A stretch of DNA of 64,000 nt from Azolla caroliniana. Its lineage: Eukaryota > Plantae > Polypodiophyta. Shown here in pieces: positions 38,288 to 52,599 of the stretch (its first letter is position 1; every line of letters starts with the position of its first letter). The position numbers were made by a program, and so were the translations under genes. The notes below the pieces were generated by a model. The model did not search any database. It was not told where the DNA came from and saw only the letters and a list, made by a program, of their open reading frames with translations. Location of the stretch: the NCBI GenBank assembly GCA_043228905.1, contig JBHGNT010000012.1:20708001-20772000 (forward strand), in the 5' to 3' direction.

Positions 38288-38372
38288 TTCTCTGCTTCTT
38301 GCTTCTGTTTCTGCATTTGATTCTCTGCTTCTGCTTCTGTTTCTGCATTTGATTCTCTGTTTCTGTTTCTGC
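38288..38372. repeat. About 32-bp tandem repeat (2.7 copies) in the FAN1 5' leader
   Basis: ATTCTCTGCTTC(T)TGCTTCTGTTTCTGCATTTG repeated directly before the ATG at 38380. Confidence 0.8.
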
Positions 38373-38379
38373 GGGGAGG

Positions 38380-41300
38380 ATGTTGCGAGGTCACGAAACG
38401 CTGACACGTTTGGTCGGGAAACGACTTCGTTTAGACCCTGCATTTTACGATTGTTTTGTCGATTCGATGCCTGACGAGGTAGGCTTTATTGCATTCCTTC
38501 TTATATTTCTGTATCTGTATCTATATCTACATCTACATATTTCCGGTACTATATGTGCTTCTGTGTGTATTTGTTTCTCTCCGTACAATGAATCTGGAAT
38601 ATGTGTAAAAGTTAATAATCCAGGAAACATTGGATTTGAAGTTAGTCTTCCCTGGCAGGGCTGACATTCCTCATTTGTTTGTTGTTTCATGCTGGATCCA
38701 TTCTAATGTTTTTTGGTTCTAGAAAATTGGCACTTAATCAATTCATTCTGATATAAGTTGGGAGATCCATTCTATTGTTTTGATTTCTAGGAAATTGTTA
38801 CTTAATCCCTCTATTTTGTTTCTTCTTGTTGCATCCATTCTACTGTTTTTTGGTTCTTGGAAGTTGGTATGTAATCAATTCATTTTGATATTTCTCTATA
38901 TATCCTTTCAAATGTTAGTTGAGAAATAACCTTTTACAAGCGCACCAACATGGATGACATACATGTTAATTTCAAAAGAAAATTCCTGATCTGTTCTAAT
39001 ATGTTCATTCTTCGAAATTGATACAGAATCCATTTATTTTGCTGTTTCTTGTGGAATCCCTTTCTGATGTTTTCTTCTAGGAAATTGAGGCATAAACATT
39101 CACTAGCTCCTCTACATGGATGGCATTACCCATTCATTTTATTGTTCCTTGCATTCATGGATGAAATTATAAAGCATTATGTGCAAATATATTAAGAAAG
39201 ACATTGAGCTGCATCTAAGAGTATTTTTGGCATTGCAGAATAGACTTGAATCTTCATTGGAGCCACTGAGTAGAGTGAATGAGATGGTCCCATCAGAAGG
39301 TATGGGATGGCAGGCTATGGAAGATATAGTGTTGCCATCAAGTCTCAACAGAATTAGTGAAGACAGTGGTTCAACATGGGTAAAATGTCCTGTGTGTGGA
39401 AGAGATGTTAAAGGAGACGATCACTCCATCAATATTCATCTTGGTAAATAAACAGCTACTTCATGTATTCATATGTAGGGTATCACATAAGGGTTCTTTG
39501 TTAGAGGTCAAATTTAGTGATACACTTTAACCGCCTTCAGTCTTCAAATTTTCTTTTCTTGTATGCAGATTTATGTCTACTAGAAAAACCCAAATCTAAG
39601 TTCAACCAGTTAACTTTGTCTCAATTTGCAAAAGAGTCATTTCAAGGCAAAATGAAGACATTCAATAATGATAAGAAAAATGTTAGCGTAAGCAAGAAAA
39701 TGAAGGTTGAGGTTACCACCATGCCGTTTCAAATAGCAAGAAGTGAATATATTTTGGAGCAGAGTGAAAATATTACAGTTTCAAATGGATCTCAGAATGA
39801 AAATCCCATTAATGTGAAGCATGATGTGTTAGAAAGGTTGGAGGAGAAGCATATATTTGCAGTTGACCAGTGTAATTGTGTTTGCCATCTCAAAACAGAT
39901 GGTTTAAATATATTACAAATAAATAAATGTGATGGTTCAAGTAGTCATCTTCAAGAAGAGAATTTATTAAAATTATATAAAGAACCAATAAAGGCTGAAT
40001 TGCTAGATCATGTAAATGATCATCAACAAGATGACAAACTATCTGAGCTGTGTGAAAAATCAACAAAGGAGACAGAATTTCAAAGTAACTGTGGGAATAA
40101 AGAATTATACATTTTGGAAACAGCTATTGTTGGCAGAAAATTCAATCAGCAAGTGAAGATTGAAGTTAACATGGTGATAAGTGCCATTAGGGAGCCAGAT
40201 AACCCCATAGATCAAAATGCTATTAAGGTTTGATTTACTTGCAAATTTCTCGTACAGAGGAAAATAGGAAAAAAGATATATGGGAGGCTAATCGCAAACA
40301 TGTTTAGATTGTCAGATCAGATAATCAAGGAAATCCTACACTTGGTCATCTTCCACGCACCATTGCCTCCTTGTTTTCATGCCTTTTGGACAGATTCCTA
40401 CTCAATATCCAGGTATATTGTTTTATAACCACTCAAAATTACATGGTTTATCTATTTGAAAGTTATGATCCTTTCTAAAGCGTATGCATTAATTTTTTCA
40501 AGCTAACGCATAAACAAATGCTTCACTACCCTTGTATCTTTTATCACCTAAACCATTGTGAGTAAAATGTGTTTGCATGTGTATCGCTAAAGGACAGGAA
40601 AAATTTTGATGTTCTCTTGCTGGCATTTTCCATAAATAACTGTCAGTGGATAGTCTTTTTATTTTCATGCATATATTTTGTAGAGTGTCCTCAACATGTG
40701 CCAGTTTACCTTTGTTTCAGGGTACAATTTTAAAGGTCCCTGAGAAGGCGTCAGAACCAGTTCCCATTAAACTCCAATTTGAAAGACGAAGGGATTTGGA
40801 ATGCACTAAGGATGATTCTGAATGCTTTGAACAGACCTGGCAAAAGATCCAAGAAATTGTAGAAGTTAGTAACGGAAAAGAGAATTCAATTAAGTACTTG
40901 CACAATTTTACATATATTTTAAAGGCTGTTTTGGAGCGCGATTCACACTTGTTCAGCGAAGAGGAGATTATGTTTCTAGGTGTACTTACAAGCTTGATGA
41001 CATTTTTTTTGTTTCTTTGGAGATTATGGTTTTCCTGTTTAGCTTAGTCATTCTGTATCCGTAATTTGTCTCATATTTGATGTTCCAGGATCCTTCTTCT
41101 CATTGAGTGAGAATGCGCGTTGCCTTTTTGTCCGTCTTTCTCAAAGAAAAGGTGAGCCTTATTTTCAGAGATCATCTGCCTTCTTTATGTATATATTTAA
41201 TCATGTTTGTACTTCAGGACCATGGTTTCGAGTTTCACAAGTCAGTTATGCCGAGATTCCAAACGTAAAGCAGTCATGTATTGAGCTTTTAGGTAAGGGA

Positions 41301-44300
41301 CACTTTTTCTCCCGAAATTAAAGATTCAGAATAAACAGAGTGTAATTTGTGTATATGATTTATGAAATCATCTTCACATGATATTTGGAATGCTTGAGAA
41401 CTTTAATACCTTGCGCAATCAATTTATCATTCTCAAGGTGTGATAGAAGGTAAGTATGTCATATTTTTTACTACTAGAATCTCAAGATTTTCTAGAATTT
41501 AGATCCTATAGCTACACTTGAACCTTTTTCATGTTAGAAGAAGTTATGACAGATTTCTCTTGGCTATATATGGTGAAGTTGATGATCTTACACTGGAAAG
41601 TGGTGAAAACTGCAGTTGTTTTTTCGTGTTTGTATGGATGTTTACATTTTGTTCTCCATTAATTTTCTATTTTTCTGATTTTATATGTTTCTCATATTTG
41701 CGGATCAAACTTGTGATCTGTGAAATAATTGTTGCCAACAGGAGGATTTTGTAGTTCACACCATTGAAAATATATCTTTGGACATATACAGGCAATGGTT
41801 CTTATAGCCTCTAGTAAGATGAATCTTGACAAACAAGGGTTCTTAGAGCTATAAGTCAATTAAAGAAATTAATCTTCATAGGTATGAAGTCATACAGGCC
41901 TATGAAAATTATAATTTGTTTATTGAGCCAGTGATGTTGACCTGCTTCAGACATATGATTTGCAGAAGTGGATGCCACTGCAAGCACAAACGTGCATGGG
42001 TTGCAAATAAGATAATTACAAAAACTCTGTAAATAGTACCCTATAATTCTTTTTGTGGTAGTGTAACAGGTGTTCTATGAAATATGATTCTAAATAAAAG
42101 ATGCTCAGTTCATAGATGCCATCCACAAATTTTCTTGTCAATGAACACGCATTTTTGCAGGTTTCCTGCTTTTTGGGATGAAAGGTAATAGTGGAATGGA
42201 CATGTCACAATTTGGCCATGCAGCATCATGATCTGAACTTTATGTGTTTATGGCTCCAGCATCCCATAGTGAAGATCCCTGAATTGGGAAGGTGTTCATC
42301 TCGATCTCGAGCTTCGTGATATTAGACCTTCTTTGTGTATATACATGCTCTATCTGTTTTGTATTGATTAAACACTTATACCTAGTTGCAGGAATTTCCT
42401 TCTGTATTCTCAATGGAAAGGTAGCACAATATGTAGTCATGATTTTGATGTATTTTGACCTAGATACGTTAATGTATCATTATTTCTTGCGCCACACTGT
42501 ATTACCAGAAGTCTAAGGCATTTGTTTTCTGCCTACATAATGACATGATGTTCTCGCATACAGCCAATCTTCAGACTATTTTATCAGCATTAGAGACCAT
42601 GATATTTTTTTTGGGTTCCAGAATTTCCCAGAGTTAATAGCTTAATATGGTGGTTTGCATTTGGACGTGTGTCATACTGATGTATCACTTGCCCTTCATA
42701 ATGTTGCTTTTGCTCCAAACTTACTATATTCTTTTGTTATATCATACTTGCAAAAGTCATTTAGTTGAACCACTATTAAAGCCTTGCCTTTCTATTTTAT
42801 AATTATAAGTCAGCAAATGACTCGAAGATTGACTGGTTCTAATTGGATACCCAAGCATCTGAAGCCAGATTTGAGCAAGATCATGGAAAATGTAGCCATA
42901 AGGGCATATCATTGCATCAATTTACCACCATTTTGTATCTTTTTTGTTTTTTTTCCATAACTTTCATCAATAAACTCTTGGCTTCCACTCTTGTTTCTCC
43001 CTACCAGGGAGTAGGAGTAGTGTGACAATTAAACAGAAAGTTTGGTTGCTTATAGGATAATAGAATTACTATAGAATTATGGTGGTAAGTATCAGCGTAG
43101 AATAATAATGCATTGGTTGCTTTCTTTTTTCTTCATATTAATTCTCGTGCCAAAAAGTCAATAAATGCATGTGTAATTTTTGTCCATTTATAACTTCATC
43201 ATTTAGCAAAGCCAAAGTAACATATCGAACTACAGCTTCTGATTTTTTCAGTTCAGCAGAGACCTTTGAGGAGGGTTGTCCTGCGAAGGCCATTAGGGAA
43301 AGAATACAAGTACTCAATGTCCCTGAACTTAAACAACTTGTTCTGCAAATAACAAGTCAAATGGTGAGGACCAGAATATTCTTGAATATGTAGGCAGAAG
43401 GTCTAAATTCTCTTTCAAGTTGTACGTTCTAAGCAAAGTTTAGAGAAGCTTTTGAGATATATATTTCTATTTATAAAATGGAGTTTACTTCTGGGTAAAT
43501 GAAAAATACATTTGCAAATTAGAATAAGTAGTTAATATATTATAACATTTATTTCATGCATTCCAAAACTTCAATTCATTTTGAGTTTACCAGGACCAGG
43601 ATGTGAAAGCAATCCTTTCCATGCATGATCTATGTATTTGACTATATAGTACTATTGGCTGCAGATGCTCATATAAATCATCTCTCTAGATAAAGTAGTT
43701 TACTTGGTTTTTAAATAGAAGAAACCCGGTGACTTAAGTAAAATGAAACGAGAGGAACTGCTAGATTTTATAGTAATTGCAGCCAAAGATAGCCATCAAA
43801 GAAAGCTTACTGGAACCAGCAGGTAAATGTCATTATCATGCATTGCTAAGTGGCTTCTAATTGAAGTAAACTCTTTTGTATGTGTTTTTAACTTGGATCA
43901 TTGACCTTACAGTTGCGAGCCTACAGTGGCATTGATTCTTCAGATGGTAGGATTTTGTGTTCGCCTTTCAGACAGGGCAAGCTTTCTTATTTGGCGCATA
44001 CAGGTTCTTATAATAAACATGAGAGGTCTCATACTTGTTTCTTTTGCTTTGTCCTCCCCATGATAGATTCCATGCCTAAAAAGTTTAGCCTCTGATATAG
44101 AGGCTTTTCTTTCTGAATGGAGAGCAAGATCTTTCTGCTTTTCTATTGGCCGACATGGGTGCAACTAAGTATCCTTCCTATGTTTGCAATCGAACAAGAG
44201 GTGTTTTCATGACAAGAAAGGATCTTCTATCATATGAGGAGGTTTGATTTCTATTCGCTGTTCATTCTGCCCTCTTTATATTTTATTTGTTTATTTACAG

Positions 44301-46569
44301 ATATGTGACTGCTGTTTTATAGGCTCTGAAAGTTGCCCAAGCTATGGACATGGCAATTGAAAATGATGACCATGAAACCATTGAGCATTGTGTGAGTAGA
44401 TCATGCATACAACTGAGCTCCAATGAAGCAGATCTGATGAGTATAGGAGAGTATAGTAGGGGAGATATCTTTCTTGAATGCTTTACAGCTGGATGGGTGT
44501 ATACAACCATTCTTACATTAGGAGTGTCTGTTCTTGAACGAGATCGAAGGTGATCTATGCCAGATTTAGTATAAAGAATGTTCATAATTTTCATATAAAA
44601 TCTTGTCATGTCTTAACTTGTAGATACTCAGAAGCAATTGGATTGCTGCGAAACCTTCTAAGACGATCTTTGTGTCCTGGAAGGAGGGGCTACTGGACAA
44701 CTAGACTTTCAATTGATTTGGAGCATGTAGGTTGCAAAGAGGAGAGTTTAGAAGTCGCTGAATCTGCTTTGAATGATTCTAGAATATGCAATGGTGATCG
44801 TGTAGCTTTGCAGAGACGTGTGATTCGTTTAGCAAAACCTCCGCGAAGATGGAAAAAGCCATCTTTTGCCAATTCACTTTCTCGATCATGCAAGGAGGTT
44901 GTGGAGTTACAAAAATCTTTTGATAGCGGTAAAATTCAGAAGTTTTTAAATGATGTCGTGATTGGTTTTACAGGTTTTCATTACTGGGAGACCATTAAAT
45001 AGTAAGGCTGGAGTGAAAAGTAGATTTTATAGTTATGACGATCAACAATGTGGCGTAGAAGAATTGGCACTCCAATACTATGCAGGAGTCTCTGGTGGAA
45101 GCTGGCAGGGTATTCACTCAGAGAGTGGCATTTGGATGACTTTGTTTGCGCTATTGATGTGGGATGTGCTATTTATGGATGTGCCCAATGTGTTTTGGCA
45201 CCCATTTCAGGTTCCGCTTCCCTCCCTGATTTTTATTTTATATTATTTTAATGTTATGGTTTAACATAGTAGTAAGCAATTGAGGCTCTTGACTCAAGGT
45301 TGTGGTTTCAAATCCTACGTTTGCACATCTTTGTTATGTCATTTGTGATTTCTCCTAAACTATATGCATCTTTCCATGCATCATATGAAATAGAAGTTTA
45401 CACAATTAGTTATGCGATCCTGCGACCATATTGTGTTTTCTGTGGATCATTAAGCAACCAAGAAACAAGGAAATGTCACATAGGATGAATGTTCCATAGT
45501 GATAAACCACAAGATTGCATACCATCCCTCCTCTCTTTTCTCTCTTTTCGCAATGAATATTGTACTGTTTCAATGCAATACAATAAAGTAAAGGTCAAGA
45601 ACACAATGCACATGACCACTATATATAAAACAGGTATACGGCATATGCTAAAAAGATCAAACCAGGAAAGGAAGAATATGCTGGATGTGATAAATATCTG
45701 AACTCTCTTGAACATCATTGGTAATGCATTATATTATTGATGGGAAACTTCACCGTGATTAAAAAAAATACACAAACTTGTACAAGGAGATCCCCAGCAG
45801 GTCATTATATCTGTTTTAACACTACAAACACTCAAAGAATAGGGCATATATATGCTCCATGATATCGTATAAAACATAGCAAACATTAAAGATTTGTTGA
45901 GTGAAAACCTGAATATCTGATATTATAGGTTGGAATTAGGCTGAACATAAATTTTAATACAGTTGTGAACTCACATGACTGACACACACAAGATCATTAT
46001 AATCATAAATGGCATATTATATGTTCTACGCTAAGGAGACATAGTTTTCTTTGTAGAATGCACCCCTTGACTTAAACACAGATGCATTCTATCCCCAACG
46101 AGAGCCTATGATCAAAGAGAAACTGAGAAGGATAAGATGTGGAGAAGCACCTCAGCTCTTGGCATCAACATGGTCAAAGCATTTTGGTAGAGTGTGCCGA
46201 GGCTTAAATTGGGAGCGCCAGTCTCTTGAAGAACTTCAAGTAATTGTATCATGTATAGGTGGATGTGGATTGGCTTCTATTTGCAAGGTTTTAGCTGAGG
46301 ACTATTCAGGCTTGGCTAGTGGTATGCCTGACCTTTTACTGTGGCGTGTAACATCATCAAACATGTCAAATTCTTGTTGTAAGTGTAAAGAGCATGATGT
46401 AAGGAGCTCCCAATTGATTGGAAAGGCAAAGCTTGTGGAGGTGAAAGGTCCTCGTGATCGTCTCTCAGAACAACAACATGCATGGATATATATTCTTATG
46501 GATGCCGGTATAGAAGTTGAAGTTTGTAAGGTGCTTGACCAGCCAATATCATCAAAGGGAACATCATAA
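38380..46569 (+). CDS. FAN1: Fanconi-associated nuclease 1 homolog (UBZ, HIRAN, SAP, TPR, VRR_NUC), 15 exons, 1059 aa
   Basis: GT-AG exons: 38380-38478, 39239-39443, 39569-40227, 40308-40412, 40721-40979, 41089-41151, 41218-41292, 43236-43363, 43719-43822, 43913-44003, 44101-44241, 44323-44549, 44624-44897, 44974-45210, 46057-46569 (3180 nt, phases consistent). Motifs: MLRGHETLTRLVGKR N-terminus, CPVC..INIHLDLC, IVGRKF..REPDNPIDQNAIK, RLFFLNGEQDLSAFLL, RRGYWTTRLSIDLEH, VEELALQYY, GMPDLLLW..EVKGPRDRLSEQQ. Confidence 0.93.
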
Positions 46570-47400
46570 CTCTTTTGGATTACACATTGGGGAGATGTTT
46601 GGCCAAAAGGTGTTTTATTACTTAACTACACACATAAACACCCATGTTGAACATCAGAAAATTGTCACATTTTTGTGTTTGCCCATGTGATATCTGGATA
46701 GCGCTATACTCAGACACTAGATCCAAGGTATATGGTGCTACAACCTTTTCTTTGCACTCCCCATTCTTCATTCTCTCTACTCATTTTCCTCCACATTCAA
46801 GGCTCTTATATTGGACTTGTCCTTATTAAATTAATTCAGTCTTTAAGTTAATCAACACCTAACACTATTTGTAAATTGTCCAAGTTAATCCCCAGATCTT
46901 ATCCCTGAATTCATGGTTTTTGAAGTAAAGTTTTCTTGCAGCACTTTATATAAGGGCATAATCTTAACAATAATGTTTTTCAAATTTAAGCAGCAGTTTA
47001 ATTATCTCCCATCATTGAAGTGCCAAATTAATTATACAAAATGAGTATTAAATCATATTCCCAGTATGTATGTCATTCAGTTGAGAAATAAGTTGGGTCA
47101 TGTAATATGACTGTAAATAATGAGATTGCATGCTCGAATGTATGTAGAAAATGTCAATATTTGCAAATAGTGATACATTAACAATTTGATCATAAATTGG
47201 CACTTAATCAAAATCAGCTTCTGCAATAAGTAGAAAAGATTAATGTTTGCAAATAGTGTGGTTTGGAGAAATTAAGAAATATTTAATCAGAATAGAAGAG
47301 TTGCATGAATGGATATCTAATTTACTCAAAGAACTCTTTCCAATCACACATTGTTTTTCTGGACATATCTGTTATATGCATGAGGCTTGGTTATACTTCC

Positions 47401-47611
47401 ATGCTTTGATTCTTGCATGTCTATCTTATATGAACCCTTAATTTAGGTGAAACTCATTTTAAGTTCAATATTGGAACAACAAAAGGAATTTCACAAACAT
47501 AACAATGCTTTGATTTTTGCATGTGTCTCTTGTGTGAACCATTAATTTAAGTGAAGCTCATTCTAAGTTCAATGTTGAACGAACGAAAGAAGTCTCACAA
47601 ACACAATAATG
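47401..47611. repeat. Diverged tandem duplication, unit about 104 bp, two copies
   Basis: ATGCTTTGATT.TTGCATGT... starts at 47401 and 47505. Confidence 0.75.
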
Positions 47612-48308
47612 GTACATTGGCATGTAAGAGCAGTTTGAATTTGTCTTTAAATATCTGAGTCATCATCAATTCCTTTCTGGGTTTTTTTGGAAAAAAATAA
47701 ATTATTTCCTTTTTGGGTTACTAGCTAAACCTTTTTTGGGGTATCTTGATTCAAGGCTTATAGGTATGGCGTGTTTGCAATCATGCTCCTTGGTCAATAT
47801 ATTGCCTTCTTTTCCTTATTTTATTATCTATTCTCATGGGCCAAATTTGATCTTAGAAGACATTAGTATATCTTTCTTTCTTTTCTATTCTTTTTCATAG
47901 CATACTTATGCATGAGTGATACATACAACCTTGCACTTGCTTTAAATGTAATTATTCATAATCTTCTAGTTGGAATATCATTGGATGAGAAGTTGTATCC
48001 ACCACTAGTTCATTGAAGTAATAGGATTGATTATATGCACTTTTCTTAGCAATTAAATACGAGATCTTAATATTTCTTTGATTGTTGCCATTGCCAACCT
48101 TAGCAATACATCTTGCATTAATCATCACTTGTGCATGTTGATCTTAAATATATGGACTCGCTTAGAGTGGTTACTTCTTCTAGGATTAGTACTAATGACT
48201 CTTAAGTATTTCCACTTGTCATTGCTTCATCATTGATTTTGTAGGCATCAATGAAACATATGATCACTTAAAAACATCTACATGTTCAACTAGATGATTG
48301 ATATTATT

Positions 48309-48599
48309 TAGGAATCATCATTTAGGAATCAACAATGGCTCGCTCAACCCTAAACCGAACTGGTAAACCGTTTCTAAATGGTTTGACAGTTCGGTTCAAT
48401 TTAGGCTTGAGCTTCCTTAACTGGTTTGAGATGGCTCAAGCCAAACCAAACTGATTTGGGCCTAACCGATTTCCAAACTAGTTAAGCCTTAATCGGCTTG
48501 GCTAAACCGGTTCCTAAACCAATTTGGGCTTAACCAATTCAGTTCAAGTTTGGAAACTCCCAAATTGGTTAAGCCGAAATCAAACCTTGCCAATTCCTA
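48309..48599. mobile_element. Third AACCG-rich hAT MITE, downstream of FAN1
   Basis: Ends TAGGAATC.. / ..AATTCCTA. Perfect 8-bp TSD ATATTATT at 48301-48308 and 48600-48607. The left terminus is locally duplicated (TAGGAATCA at 48309 and 48323). Confidence 0.8.
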
Positions 48600-51500
48600 A
48601 TATTATTCACGTACATTAATGATTATACTATGGTTCGTGCACGTAATTGCTAGCCTTTGTTCATTCACTTCATTTATCTTCTCCAACAAGTAATCTTCTA
48701 GGCTAACTTATGTAACCTTGGTGGACTACCAATAATCATGCAATGCTCGCTTTTAGTTAGGCAAGTTTATATATCATGACAATGCATTCTTACTTCTAGT
48801 GAGGCAAGTCTAATATCAATACAACGCCAAATGGAAACAACTTTTACAATCGTATAGGAAAAATTCTATACATTTAATAAAGGGATTCTAGAGACAACCG
48901 TGATAGAAATGCACATCTAGAGTTATTATAGGAACAATCATGGACAATGCTAGATTCTATAATAATGAGCCAAATCTAGAATTTATTATTATAGGAACAA
49001 TCTTCACTTATAGTGAACTAATAAAGAAACACTTTTGTCATTGTTGTAGGAGCAATCTTGAATTATCAAGGAGACCATCCTTAACATTTGAGTAGAAAAA
49101 AAAACCTTAGTTATTGTAATAGGACGGGGGCAAATTTGTGCTTAGTAAATGGATGATGTAAACCTTCTGGTGTTGTGCAAGGAACCGTGACAATGAAGTT
49201 ATGGTATATGGATGATTTGACATAATTGGCATTATTGTTAGAAAAATAGGAGGAGCCCAAACAAGGATAGATGAACAAACAAATCTAATATTGCTCGATG
49301 AAGTTGTGGTTATTGTTGGCAAACAACAACAAAAAAGGTAAATTTGTAATAAATGAGAAGAGTGACACATTTGGCAATGTTAAAAGGATGAGAAGGAGAG
49401 AACTAAAATGGATGACAAAATTGTAGTGAGAAGTCTTTAATTGTTGGAGTAAGAATAACCAAAGAGAAGAGTTGGGGTAAGAATAACCAAAGAGAAGATA
49501 TGTTATAAAATGCGTTGTGAGTACTTAAGTTGGCAGGATGTGGAGGCTTGTGATGAAATTGGGATTTGAACCACATTTGGATGAGAAAAATGACTTGGAT
49601 TACGACAAGTGTGCATGTGAACAAGGACAATAAGAGAAGCTAAGACAGTCCATCCATTGAAATTTCAAGTAAAGTATGTTATTGGAGAGAGGGAGAGAAA
49701 GGAAAAAAGAAAGGTATAATAACGTGTAAAAAGAGACAATGAGTGGTTATGTCGGAATAAGTCTTATATCCACGCAAGGGTGAAATGACCTCATTACAAG
49801 TCAAAATGTTTTCACTCACATTAACTTAGTTGCGTGTTGAGTACGAACATGTCATATTTCTTGCATTCATGTGTTTTTTTATGAGTTGGTGGATTTGGCT
49901 ACACATCACACACACACACACACGTGTGCATGTGTGTTTTTTAATTATTTGATTACTGAGAATTACATGGTCTAATCATATACTATGCTTAAGTAATTAA
50001 AATTTATAATGAAAATACTTAACCAATCTAGAAGAGTTCGATGATGATGATGATGACAACAACGAGTAGCAAACATACACTTCATTTTTTCCTTCACGTA
50101 TCTCCTCTTTTTCTATCTATCTATCTATCTAATTTGTTATTTCTCTTTGGGTCTCTATCTAGTTCGTGTTTTTGAATTTTGAGCATTTGGGCCATTTGAT
50201 GGGGAAAGGAAATCACTTGACTTCCACATTGAGGACATTTCCCCCTGACCACATGAGCGATGTTTCTTGAAACATTTATGTCTATACCCATTCTAAGGGA
50301 TTCGCCGAAGTTTTCCTCTAATCACCATGTAAATAATATTTGTAAATGCCAAGTCCTATAATATCCAAAATGTGTCTCACAATTTGAACCCACAAACCAA
50401 ACAGAATGAAACACAAAAAGCTATGCCACTAGATCCAACACCCACATTACAGTTACAATTTACCCCATATAAGCATATAAAGACTAGATCAATATTTACC
50501 TTAGCTAAGAGAATGGTGTCCCTTCATTCATATTTTTTTGGTTTAGGTTGAACTTTGTTATAAACATTTAGCATTTCAACATGGACATTGTTGTTCATAC
50601 TATTTAGACTTGGAGATCTAAATAAATTCCATCCAATCAAACAAAACGTTATTCACCATATACGAGTCATAAGAAAACACTCGATTGATCTCTTGAAATC
50701 AATATTATTAGATGATTATTCATGTGGAGACAAAAGCGATACAATTATTCACACGTTGAGGATATTTTCCTTTGGCTCAATTAACTGAACAAGTTGATAT
50801 TGGTAAGCAAACTTTATGGCACATTGTGCTTTTAGGTGATACACTTATAAGTTCTATGATGGATATGTTAGATTCCCAAAATTCTTAAGAACATTAGAGT
50901 ATGACCTTCAACTACTCCATAATAGTGCTTCATTTTATACACCACCAAAGTTCTTCTGATGTCACTATTGGCAATAGTGACTAACTGATGATCACATCAA
51001 AATAAACATCTCAATATTATTTCATGCTTGAATAGAGACTAAAAGGCCGAACATGGAAACTGTTGTGATGGATTTATAGATACATCAATAAATCATAGAA
51101 TTGAAAGAATATGTCTAGAGTAAAAGCACATATAAAAAAAACAAAAGGCGTAATCAAGGAGAATGTTCGCTTTTGAGTGTGTGCATGGGTGGGTGTGTTT
51201 GCTTCATGTTGTCCCAAATTTTCGCCATTTGAAAATAACAAGATTATTGACGCCCACACGATACCAAAATACAATAAATTCTTCATAAAGTGAATGTAAG
51301 AGGTTTGGCAATTTTTATCATTCAATGTGTCTCAAGTGAACACACACATTGCAATTTGTTCGGACTACAAATTAATATTAGGCAAATGGGAAATTAACAT
51401 AACACCGTCATTTCATAAGGAGGCAAGTCAAACGACAAATCGTTGGTATGCCCACTTTGGATAGAGAATCTAATGATGATATTATTCTAAAAATTCTACT

Positions 51501-52431
51501 CCCTTAGCCCTCATTTGTACAAAGAAAAAAAACATCATTGCATAGATAGGATTTGCATTTGTATGAAATTGTGGGCAATATCAAGTTGGAGCTCTTTCGA
51601 AACACGAGGACTTTTAGATAGAAACATAATGAATAATTTTGAAGTTATTGTTATTTATTTGTGTGGAATGACGTGTTGACTTGAGCGTATTGTTAGAAAT
51701 TGTGTGCACAGGTGCCCAATGCCCATTTTGAATGTCTCATGAGTATTTCACACTTACGTGTGCAGTTGTTATGATGAACATGGACATGACTATGGAGATT
51801 CAAGACGCGATTCTAATGAATGTGTGAAGTTGATGATGTGTATAATATATAATATTAACTAGTGATGTTGGGATGGTTTATTTTATGATTTGTGAAAAGG
51901 CCAAGATGGCGGTGTCGGCACACAACCATACAATTTTAACTACTAATCGATTCAAATGTCTAAAACCTTAGTATGCATAAATAATTTTATGGGGACAAGC
52001 CACATGTAGTAGGGGGGAGGTGTTGGGAAATCTCAACATTTGCACTCTCGTTTATACTTCCCTTTCAAAAGATTGAGGTTCTCGTCGGTGTTTTATGGGT
52101 CATAAATCATTCCTATTGAAGATTGACTAAACCATTTGGAAGTCTTGATTAAATCGTGGGCAAACAAAAGCTTAGTTAAGTGGAAAAACAACCCCCAAAA
52201 CCACCTACTTTTATGTTTGAAGTGGCTTTAAGATAACTGAACTAAGTTGCAAATGGAGAGAACCCTTCTACACTTGGCCTCATAATTTTCCATTTGGTTC
52301 ATTATATGATTTTAATACATGTCCAACTTAAAATGTTAATCATCTAGACTTAATACCTTACCTTGTGAGCCTCAAATTTTAATGCCTCACACATAGGTGT
52401 GAGCATTGGCGCGCGCACACACACACATACA

Positions 52432-52466
<35 letters not shown>

Positions 52467-52599
52467 AAGTACATTTACATCTCCATGTCTATATTCAAAT
52501 TTAGAGAAAGATATGCACAAGTATACACACATATGTTTCTTTATCAATGCATTATATTAGTGGTAGGAAACTTGGAAGTGAGGTGAAAACTAACGAAGA

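Noticed and set aside
38145-38443. QKQKQR-repeat minus-strand ORFs
   Set aside because: Translation of the pyrimidine-rich tandem repeat in the FAN1 leader.
50500-51900. Possible Mutator-like transposase fossil on the minus strand
   Set aside because: No diagnostic motif could be read with confidence.
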